Notes under the pieces: generated by a model | Told to the model about the DNA's origin: nothing | What the model saw: the letters and a program-made list of their open reading frames with translations, nothing else | Database searches by the model: none | Program-made: the position numbers and the translations under genes | Shown here: one piece after another, positions 22,933-30,490 of the stretch | Position numbering within the stretch: position 1 is the stretch's first letter | Layout: each line of letters begins with the position of its first letter | From: a virus | Taxonomy: Duplodnaviria; Caudoviricetes | DNA length: 43,658 nucleotides | Virus record (IMG/VR): IMGVR_UViG_3300043414_000452 | Coordinates: 1 to 43,658 of that record | Direction: 5' to 3' (one strand)

Positions 22933-23813
22933 TAGGTGGTTCCTATGCCGAGCAGCGAGAAGTCGGAGTCTTTGTAGACCTTCGACACGTAGACGGCCTT
23001 GGGCTGCTTGAGCAACGCACTGCCAGACACGGCATCCTCGTACCGCACCCAAAGGTATTCGTGACCTTTTTTGCTGATGCCAGAAATGCTGCCGATAGTC
23101 TGCGCAGTGACGTTCTTTGACGCCACGAACCGAAACGACAGCGACCACGTTCCTCGGCCTCGCTGGTCGTCCCACTCCTGCGAACCGGAGCACCCGACGA
23201 ACAGAACTTCGCCAGCCTCAAAGCCTCGAAACGCTGCGCTGTTGGTTGTCCCAGTGACGCCTGCAACGCCACGAATCCACGAACTTGTCACGTAGACGTT
23301 AGGCACGTCGTATTGCTCCTGCCATTGCAGCTGCGGCACCACGATGTCAACGCCGTTGACGCCATTTGAGTCAACGCCGATAGCACCCGACATATTCGTT
23401 GCGCCAGACGGAAACCGATTCTCAAAGTCCAATGTCCCGCCGGAACCAACAGAACAGGCCTGCGTGATGTGCTGCGTTCCGCCGGTCGTATCAAAAGACC
23501 TTGAACGCTTCAGCGGCTCAGTGCCATCATCAACGCCGCTTTTCTCGTACTGGATCGTCAGCTGCCAAGCATTGTCGCCGAGAAACGAGACAGAGTAAGA
23601 CTCTGCCATCAACTGCATGCCGGTGACGCCTGGATACTGCCAGTATTTTCCGTTGGCGCTGATCTCGGCGTTGATCGCTGCGTGCAGCGCCACATCGTCG
23701 GCAGTGCCGAAAATCTTGTAGCTCTTCACGTACGAAGACGCAGCCTTCTTGCCGCGACGAACAATCGTGGCCTGGCGTGAGTCGCCGTCCTCTACCCAAA
23801 CGAGGTCTGCCAT
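22932..23813 (-). CDS. Distal tail / tail-tip protein
   Basis: Directly after the tape measure (TAATG); beta-rich, GTTNSAAFRGFEAGEVLFVG. Confidence 0.65.
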   Translation of the reverse strand: MADLVWVEDGDSRQATIVRRGKKAASSYVKSYKIFGTADDVALHAAINAEISANGKYWQYPGVTGMQLMAESYSVSFLGDNAWQLTIQYEKSGVDDGTEPLKRSRSFDTTGGTQHITQACSVGSGGTLDFENRFPSGATNMSGAIGVDSNGVNGVDIVVPQLQWQEQYDVPNVYVTSSWIRGVAGVTGTTNSAAFRGFEAGEVLFVGCSGSQEWDDQRGRGTWSLSFRFVASKNVTAQTIGSISGISKKGHEYLWVRYEDAVSGSALLKQPKAVYVSKVYKDSDFSLLGIGTT

Positions 23814-26134
23814 TACGCTGCTACCGCCCCTTCTTCGCCGATTTCGTCAGTGTTGCTCTTGATCTGCTTGAGTACGTCAAGCTGTTGCTGCTGCAACGTG
23901 GCACCAAAACCCATACCGCCAAGGTTCACGGATGAGAACGTGCCAGCCACTTCAGCCTGCTTGCCGGCGGCGTCCATAGCAGCCATCTGAATTTTCTCTT
24001 GATCTGGCGGCTTTACGGCGACCGGCGACTGCACGATTCCAGACGTTGCCGTTGGCGTCAACTTCTCTGCTGCCAAGTCAACGGCCTGCCCGTACTTGGT
24101 TTCCTGCGCCCCAGTCAACATTCCTGAGCTCTTCAACGCAAAAAACTCGTCAGCCGCAGACTTGAGGTCGCCCATGCTCTTGGCATCGCCAATTGAAGCG
24201 ATCAAGTCGTCCGCTTGTGATGTCAGGACGCGACGCAGGCTAGCTTTTGACGTGAGCGACGACAGGCGAGATTTAGTGCTGGATGTCTTGTCGGCGATGT
24301 CTGCTGCAAATTGATTCGCACCAGAAAGACGCTTGTCAATAGTGTCCTTCCCGCTGGCTTCCATCGCAGAGATGTTCCTTGCCCGCTGGTTGGCGAGCGA
24401 GGCAACTTCATCCGGCGTTACGGCCCCTCTTTGATCCAGGCCAGGAGCCGCACCGAACGCAGACGGAGACGCCGTCAAGCCGTCAAGCCCTAGGCCTTCC
24501 ACTGCAACTGCAATGCCCGTACCAAGGTCTGTAAACTGATTCAAGAACTTGGCAGACCATTCAGCGAAGGACGTTTGCAGCTTCCCAGTGCCTTCAAGCC
24601 ACGCAGCCATCATGCCTGTCATTGCGATGTCCATCGCACCACCAAGGTCGCCACCAGAGATGGCGTCGTAGATGCCCGTCATCGTTTCAGAAGCGATTGA
24701 CTTCACCTCGCCAAACGTGGTCATGAACGCCGCACTCAACTCTGGCGACTGAATCACAAGTGCCGCAATGCCTGCCGCCAATAGCCCCAGCGGGCTCAAT
24801 ACGGCACCGATGATGCCGCCCACCATCGTGATAGCAGCACCAAGCCCTGCGAGAGCCAAGCCGCCAGCGATCACCAGTGCCGTCGTCTTTGCGAGATCCA
24901 CAACCATCTGCTGATTGTTCTTGACGAAAACCGTGATGCTGTTGGCTAGGTCTTGAATGAACGCCAGAGCCGTTTGCAGGCTTGGGGCCAATGCTGAACC
25001 AATCTCAATCGCAGTGTCATTGACGGCAGCTTTAGCCAAACGCATCGAGCCGCCAAGCCCTGCGTCCATAGCCTTGGCCGTCTTCGCCGCAACGCCGTCC
25101 ACCTTCTTCAGCCTCTCGGCAAGCTCTGTAACGCCGCCGGCGGTCTTTGACAACACGTTTGCACTGGTGATGCCCAGCAGCCCGAACGCCTTCGCCATCT
25201 TGGCTGTGCGTTCGCCAACTGGCATGTCCTTCGTGACGTCGTTGATCTCGTCTAGGATCTGCACAAGCGGCTTCAGTCCGCCTGCCGCGTCAATATTGGA
25301 TACGCCAAACAGGTCTTGCAGCTTTTCGCCTGAGCCCGCCGAAATCACAGACAGTCGCCGCAGCGCCGTGCCTGCCTCGCTGCCTTGAATACCGACATTT
25401 GCAAGCACGCCGAGAATTGCGGTCGTGTCTTCAAGCGAGACGCCGAGGCTGGACGCCACCGGGCCTGCATACTTGAGCGAGTCGCCCAGTCCCTCAACGC
25501 TGCTGTTCGTCGCATTGGCAGTCTCCGTCAGCACGTCGGCGGCCTTGGCGGCATCAGAGGCACCGAGTCCGAACTGACGCAACGTCGCAGCCATGATGCT
25601 GGCAGACTTCGTGGCGTCAGTACCAGTCGCCCTGGACAGGTTCAGCACGGCACCAGTCATGTCGTTGATCTCGGTCGGGCTGAAGCCTGCCCGCCCAAGT
25701 TCAGTCATCAGATTGGCGACTTCAGTCGCCGTGAACGACGTCGTAGCACCAAGTCGCCTCGCGCTGTCAGTGAGCATTGACAGAGCAGCTGCACCGTCAG
25801 GCCCGAGAGCGCCGGTGACGGCAGCGGTAGCACGGATTGCGTCATCAAATGACGCGAACTGCTTGATGGCCAGTCCGACAGGAACGCCGACCGCAGCGCC
25901 CATTGCCGCCATCTTCGTGCCGACACCAGAGATGGAACGCCCGACGTTCTCAACGCTACGGCTAATGCCGTTGAACGTCTTGAACATGGACGACAGGCCA
26001 GCACCGACACCGAACGATCCGAGCTTCGCAAGCCGCTTGTCAACAGCACCTGCCATCGCAAAGAAAGCCTTTGCGTCGGCTCCGATCTCAACAAACACAC
26101 CGCCCATCCGAATGCTGCCGGCTTTACCCATCAT
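23813..26134 (-). CDS. Tail tape measure protein (TP901-like core)
   Basis: ARRLGATTSFTATEVA, LKYAGPVA, GIQGSEAGTALR; Ala/Gly-rich with TM-like segments. Confidence 0.93.
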   Translation of the reverse strand: MMGKAGSIRMGGVFVEIGADAKAFFAMAGAVDKRLAKLGSFGVGAGLSSMFKTFNGISRSVENVGRSISGVGTKMAAMGAAVGVPVGLAIKQFASFDDAIRATAAVTGALGPDGAAALSMLTDSARRLGATTSFTATEVANLMTELGRAGFSPTEINDMTGAVLNLSRATGTDATKSASIMAATLRQFGLGASDAAKAADVLTETANATNSSVEGLGDSLKYAGPVASSLGVSLEDTTAILGVLANVGIQGSEAGTALRRLSVISAGSGEKLQDLFGVSNIDAAGGLKPLVQILDEINDVTKDMPVGERTAKMAKAFGLLGITSANVLSKTAGGVTELAERLKKVDGVAAKTAKAMDAGLGGSMRLAKAAVNDTAIEIGSALAPSLQTALAFIQDLANSITVFVKNNQQMVVDLAKTTALVIAGGLALAGLGAAITMVGGIIGAVLSPLGLLAAGIAALVIQSPELSAAFMTTFGEVKSIASETMTGIYDAISGGDLGGAMDIAMTGMMAAWLEGTGKLQTSFAEWSAKFLNQFTDLGTGIAVAVEGLGLDGLTASPSAFGAAPGLDQRGAVTPDEVASLANQRARNISAMEASGKDTIDKRLSGANQFAADIADKTSSTKSRLSSLTSKASLRRVLTSQADDLIASIGDAKSMGDLKSAADEFFALKSSGMLTGAQETKYGQAVDLAAEKLTPTATSGIVQSPVAVKPPDQEKIQMAAMDAAGKQAEVAGTFSSVNLGGMGFGATLQQQQLDVLKQIKSNTDEIGEEGAVAA

Positions 26135-26146
26135 CTACTCCGGTAG

Positions 26147-26554
26147 CTAGGTGTGTTTGTTCCAGTCAGGCCCGAAAAGCCTCTGCAAATCTTCTGGTGT
26201 GGCTTGTCGTGGCTTAGGCTTTTTGGCGTAAGGATGAAACTTTGACGGATCTGCGGCTGGCTTTGTGCTTGGCTTGTTGATGTTGTATGCCTGACTCAGC
26301 AGGCTTGCCGTATGCCACCACGCTGCCTCTAGGCGGGCATTGCGAGCGGCAACGAGTTGTCTGAAAGTCCACTCGCCGGGATGGACTCCGATGATTCCAG
26401 CGGCTTCCCAGATTGCATTCCAGACTGCATCGGGATCACTTGCTCCATTGCCTTTTTCATTTGCGCCGTCGCCTGCTCGAAGACTGTCTCCATGTTTTTC
26501 TGATGAGCCTCTGCCGTCAGGCTCGCCAGCTGGCGGCGGCGCGGGGGGAAAAAA
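26147..26554 (-). CDS. -1 frameshift extension (gpGT-like) of the tail assembly chaperone
   Basis: Slippery T TTT TTC at 26548-26554. The -1 frame is open from there to TAG at 26147 (…WNAIWEAAGIIGVHPGEWTFRQL…FHPYAKKPK…NKHT*). Confidence 0.75.
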   Translation of the reverse strand, partial: FFPPAPPPAGEPDGRGSSEKHGDSLRAGDGANEKGNGASDPDAVWNAIWEAAGIIGVHPGEWTFRQLVAARNARLEAAWWHTASLLSQAYNINKPSTKPAADPSKFHPYAKKPKPRQATPEDLQRLFGPDWNKHT

Positions 26555-26868
26555 TCGACAAGTTCATCCTCGATCGCTTTGCCGGCCACGTCCCACACTT
26601 CACCACGGATGCCGTCCAGGAATTCATCCTTACCAAGTTTTTTCTCTACCACTTGGTTGCAGAGCACTTGGTACAGCACCTCGGCTAAGACGGTGAGTTG
26701 CGTTCTCAGAATGTGGATCGTGGTATGAAACTCCGCGACGTTGTCGATCTTGAATGGAGTTGCTACCCCGTCAACTTCAACCGTCACGTTGTCGCGAACA
26801 CGGTTGACAGCTGACGTTGTCAACGCCAGCCGCCACGGTCGCCCCTCGTCATCCTTGAACTCTCGCAT
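26329..26868 (-). CDS. Tail assembly chaperone (gpG-like)
   Basis: Between the tube genes and the tape measure; ELVDFFPP at the slippery site. Confidence 0.8.
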   Translation of the reverse strand: MREFKDDEGRPWRLALTTSAVNRVRDNVTVEVDGVATPFKIDNVAEFHTTIHILRTQLTVLAEVLYQVLCNQVVEKKLGKDEFLDGIRGEVWDVAGKAIEDELVDFFPPRRRQLASLTAEAHQKNMETVFEQATAQMKKAMEQVIPMQSGMQSGKPLESSESIPASGLSDNSLPLAMPA

Positions 26869-26869
26869 G

Positions 26870-27235
26870 CTACTGCCTCACAAGCCTCGGATCGGTCATC
26901 TTGCCTTCAAGAGTGAAAGTAGCCACGCCATCTACCGGGTCGCTCTCGCTGACGCCTGTCAGCACAGCGAGGAACGCAAAGCCGGCGGCACCGCCATACA
27001 CAGTGAACGTTCCGCCTGAGTGCATCTTTTGAAACGCCGTGCCGAGGTCGGCAGCGTCGTTCAGTTCGACACTGACAGTGCATTCGTACCCAGTGCTGTA
27101 TGTCGCTGCGTAACGACTGCCGTACGGGTTGACGTCGATTGTGCGAGCCGACTCTGTCAGCGTCACGTTGCGAGCGCTGGCGATGTAGCCACCATCAAGC
27201 ATGATGGAGCAGTCCTTCCCCAGCGTGATCGCCAT
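26870..27235 (-). CDS. Tail-tube-like protein 3
   Basis: MAITLGKD...DGVATFTL. Confidence 0.7.
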   Translation of the reverse strand: MAITLGKDCSIMLDGGYIASARNVTLTESARTIDVNPYGSRYAATYSTGYECTVSVELNDAADLGTAFQKMHSGGTFTVYGGAAGFAFLAVLTGVSESDPVDGVATFTLEGKMTDPRLVRQ

Positions 27236-27555
27236 TAGGTAAATTCCTTAGCCGTCACAGTGAAGGTTACGGCTCCATCAACGCCGATCTTTTCCGACAC
27301 GCTCATCACGCTGAAACTTGACCCTGCCGCCTCAAGGCTTGTGATCAGGCCAGTCGGGTCGTGGCATTCAATTTCCCACGTCTTCGTGGTAAATCCGGCC
27401 TTTGCGACCTTCTTGCCAGGAGCGCCGGAAGAGCCGCCGATGTTGGCACGATTGGAGATGTCAATCGTCTCGCATTCTTCGGTGTAGGTCGCCGAGATAA
27501 TGCCTGTGCCAAACGGAGGCGAAGAGGATGCGTCTTTGCCGAGCGAAATAGCCAT
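27235..27555 (-). CDS. Tail-tube-like protein 2
   Basis: MAISLGKD...DGAVTFTV. Confidence 0.7.
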   Translation of the reverse strand: MAISLGKDASSSPPFGTGIISATYTEECETIDISNRANIGGSSGAPGKKVAKAGFTTKTWEIECHDPTGLITSLEAAGSSFSVMSVSEKIGVDGAVTFTVTAKEFT

Positions 27556-27576
27556 GTGTGCGGTTCCCTGTGTGTG

Positions 27577-27912
27577 TTAGGCAGAAACGGTGCGGCTGCC
27601 GGAAACGGTGTATGTGATGATGCCGTCTAGCGGCTGGCTTTGGGCGATGCTGGTGACGACGTACGTCGCGTTGCCGGTCTGCGTCCCGCCAATCGTAAAA
27701 GTTCCTCCGATGCTCACGCCTGGAGCGTCAACGCATTCAAGTTCAATCGTCTGCTCGATGAGAGCTTTTCTAAACTTGCGGCTTGTGTCGCCAAACTTCG
27801 TGACGTCAACGTCGCTAGCAGAATTGGTGACGGTTGCAGAACGAGCGTTCGCGACGCCCGTGACGGTGACGTCCTTGCCGAGCGTGATCGTGACAGAAGG
27901 AGTAACTGGCAT
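27577..27912 (-). CDS. Tail-tube-like protein 1
   Basis: ITLGKD...DVDVT...DGIITYTV. Confidence 0.7.
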   Translation of the reverse strand: MPVTPSVTITLGKDVTVTGVANARSATVTNSASDVDVTKFGDTSRKFRKALIEQTIELECVDAPGVSIGGTFTIGGTQTGNATYVVTSIAQSQPLDGIITYTVSGSRTVSA

Positions 27913-27957
27913 GTGTTGCCCTCGTGTGCGAGTGCCAGCGGTGCGGCTGGTCCGCTC

Positions 27958-28001
27958 ACGGTAGGACAGGGAAGGATGAAACTAGACCGGGTATGCCGTC
28001 A
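27958..28001 (-). promoter_or_regulatory. Late-type promoter TGACGGCATACCCGGTCT-N20-TACCGT
   Basis: The 18-mer is identical to 41099-41116. Confidence 0.65.
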
Positions 28002-28703
28002 CCCGATGCTGCCACCTGAAAACGTGCTCTTGCTGATCGCGTTGCGAAAACACGGCAGGATCTTGTGCATGGACGCCTGAAGCCCGATTTCCATGTAGCC
28101 ACGTCCACGGAGATTACGGGAGCCGATGTAGATGGCATTCTGCCCGTATTTGCGATTTACAACTGGCCCAACCCAAGCGCCGAGAAGTCGCTTTGTAAAG
28201 CGACCGCTGGCGTCACGCCCCTGCTTGCCGCTCGCCAGGAACTTCTTCGGTATTGAGTGACCTCTGTAGTATTTGTGCTGAAGCGAAGCCGCTACCCAGT
28301 AGTGCTCAACGCCGCCAAACTCGTGCAGTTGGTTGAGCCACGGCGTTTTGCTTGGGCCTATGACAACAGACCTGCTGCCATTGTCCCAATCAGTTTCAAT
28401 GTCATTCCTCAACCACGCTCGCGGCGACCACGTAGACACCTTGTCAGGACGAGCCACCTCCATGATTGCACCGACAACAGGCAAGCCGTCCTTTTCTCCA
28501 TACCTACGGAACACGGGCGTTTTTCTTGGCGTTCGCCCCGTCCTAGTCGAGCCGCCAACCATGCCACGCTGCGTGCTTCGCCGCACTTGCAGGCCAGCCT
28601 TCTGCAACGCTTGGGCCGCAGCTTCGCCGATCAGCTGCTTCAGCCCGTTCTTGTTCCAGTGAAACTTCGTCCCGCCACGCCGCCTGGTGCCTACGAATCC
28701 CAT
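27999..28703 (-). CDS. Neck/tail-completion protein (HK97 gp10-like)
   Basis: Basic protein; LHEFGG and RGYMEIGL motifs; position. Confidence 0.65.
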   Translation of the reverse strand: MGFVGTRRRGGTKFHWNKNGLKQLIGEAAAQALQKAGLQVRRSTQRGMVGGSTRTGRTPRKTPVFRRYGEKDGLPVVGAIMEVARPDKVSTWSPRAWLRNDIETDWDNGSRSVVIGPSKTPWLNQLHEFGGVEHYWVAASLQHKYYRGHSIPKKFLASGKQGRDASGRFTKRLLGAWVGPVVNRKYGQNAIYIGSRNLRGRGYMEIGLQASMHKILPCFRNAISKSTFSGGSIG

Positions 28704-28712
28704 AGCAGCCTC

Positions 28713-29174
28713 CTAGACAGTCGGCAGCACGTTCGTCTCAAACACTCGATACGTCGCCGTGATGACGGCACGCCAGACGTTCCGCTCAGTCAGTGCGTCG
28801 TCAGGGTTCAAGTCAATTCCCACCGTCTGCGGGCTCGTCACGCCTGCCGGCCACGTTACGCCAGAGCCGAACGAGTGGGCACGTACTTGCAGCATGACGC
28901 TGTCAGCCAGGTCAAGCATGCCATCGACTTCAGCGTCAGTCGTGACGTGACGCCCGACGAAGATGGTGACGGTGTAATCAACTTGCATCACCTGTCGGCT
29001 AATGCGAGTGACGTCAGCGTTACCGGGAACGACGAACACGCGAGGCACGCCCATTGCGTCTACGTCGATGTTCGCCCAGTTCTTTCGCTCCACGGTGGTG
29101 GACGTGATACCCCACGTCACGGATTGCAAGCCAGTGGCGAGGCTGTCGGCGATGCTGCGGAGGACGCTGCTCAC
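28713..29174 (-). CDS. Tail terminator-like protein
   Basis: 153 aa alpha/beta pattern ending ITATYRV; position before the tube genes. Confidence 0.6.
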   Translation of the reverse strand: MSSVLRSIADSLATGLQSVTWGITSTTVERKNWANIDVDAMGVPRVFVVPGNADVTRISRQVMQVDYTVTIFVGRHVTTDAEVDGMLDLADSVMLQVRAHSFGSGVTWPAGVTSPQTVGIDLNPDDALTERNVWRAVITATYRVFETNVLPTV

Positions 29175-29326
29175 CTCACCACCTCCTCAATCGCGTACCC
29201 GATCTCCCTCGCCAGACTCGCCGCGTCGTCGCTCTGCGCCCAACGCAGGAGCAGCGACAACGTGAACGGCCCCACCAGCGCAAGCGCGGCGTACAGACAG
29301 GCTACGGTGAGGGTTTCGTTGTTCAC
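29171..29326 (-). CDS. Small membrane protein
   Basis: GTGA overlaps at both ends; one TM segment. Confidence 0.5.
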   Translation of the reverse strand: MNNETLTVACLYAALALVGPFTLSLLLRWAQSDDAASLAREIGYAIEEVVR

Positions 29327-30366
29327 GAGATGCCCCACTTCGTTGACAGGTAAGACCACAGGCTTGTCTTCTCGCCGGATGTTAGCGCGCGGTTGTAGAC
29401 AAGCACCTCGTATAGTGTGTTTGCTCCGTTTGGCGAGACGACGCCATTTACGCGAATCGCGCCAATGTGGATGTCATTGTCAACCGTATACCCAGTAGCA
29501 GACGGCGACGACGATGTGGTCGTAGTCACGCCGCTGGACAAATCCAGCGTCTGCTGCGAGTTGTTTGCGTAGAGAGCCGTTCCGCTGCTAGTAAACTCAC
29601 CGGAAATCACAGCACATGTGCTCGCGCTGCGTCTGTACGAAGAACTTCCAAGCCTCCCAACCGAGCCACTTTTGTCGACGCCGATCGTGATGTACTCACC
29701 AGACATTACGCCGCTGCTTGATCCTAAGAACAATCCTGAAATCGCAGGATAAGCACCACTCGCAGACCCATTGTTTCCGTATCCGAAAAAATACGCGGTG
29801 TTTGTATCCGCCGCTGCCGCTGCCGCTGGCTTGCATACCATCATCACGGTGAGCGCAGACAGCGACTGCAACCCGGCCACAGACGCAGTGATAAATCCGT
29901 TGGTGCCGTCTATATACAGCCCCGGCAGTCCATTCTGACTGTTGAGTTTGAGAAGCGGCCTTGCTCCGCTCGTCGCCTGCGTGGCGTTGTTGCCAAGTCC
30001 GCTCTGGTCTGCCCAGTAGCCAACGGGATTGTCGGTTGATGTAGCACCAAGCGTGCCGCCGCTGGATTGATACAGAGAGCCGCTAACGCTCGCGTCCAAT
30101 CGCATGAGCAAACCGGATGTAACGGGAACCCACGGCGCGAGCGGCGTTCGCACCCAATAGTTTGTCGAAACGCATGTGTACTGCCACTGCGAATCGTAGC
30201 TGATCTGCCCTGCCACACCCGTCGCCGTCGCAGACGCTGGCACGCTAGACCACGAAAGCCCGCCGGATGCGACGAGTTCCCACGCGGAGCCGCTCCACTG
30301 ATATTGCCGCGAGTTCTGCTGCGAGACTTGGCCGGTCGTAGGGCTGCTGGGAAAAGAGAGTGCCAC
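29323..30366 (-). CDS. Virion fibre/decoration protein with a LamG/ConA-like domain
   Basis: MALSFPSSPTTGQ...YQWSGSAW; RLDAS...WADQSGLGNNATQ...YEVLVYNRALT...YLSTKWG. Confidence 0.75.
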   Translation of the reverse strand: MALSFPSSPTTGQVSQQNSRQYQWSGSAWELVASGGLSWSSVPASATATGVAGQISYDSQWQYTCVSTNYWVRTPLAPWVPVTSGLLMRLDASVSGSLYQSSGGTLGATSTDNPVGYWADQSGLGNNATQATSGARPLLKLNSQNGLPGLYIDGTNGFITASVAGLQSLSALTVMMVCKPAAAAAADTNTAYFFGYGNNGSASGAYPAISGLFLGSSSGVMSGEYITIGVDKSGSVGRLGSSSYRRSASTCAVISGEFTSSGTALYANNSQQTLDLSSGVTTTTSSSPSATGYTVDNDIHIGAIRVNGVVSPNGANTLYEVLVYNRALTSGEKTSLWSYLSTKWGIS

Positions 30367-30374
30367 GATTTACC

Positions 30375-30488
30375 TCAAGAAACGTAAAGAGTTTGCGGCG
30401 ATACATATTCGCCTATGGGATGGGCCGCAGTCGGTGCCGCGATCACGCCAGCGGTGAGGAGAACGGCGAAGTAGATGGGGGATCGCAT
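30375..30488 (-). CDS. 37 aa peptide between fibre genes
   Basis: MRSPIYFAVLLTAGVIAAP fills the gap exactly. Confidence 0.35.
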   Translation of the reverse strand: MRSPIYFAVLLTAGVIAAPTAAHPIGEYVSPQTLYVS

Positions 30489-30490
30489 TG

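Noticed and set aside
28257-29498. 413 aa plus-strand ORF
   Set aside because: Antisense shadow of well-supported neck/tail genes; Arg/Pro-rich with no motifs.
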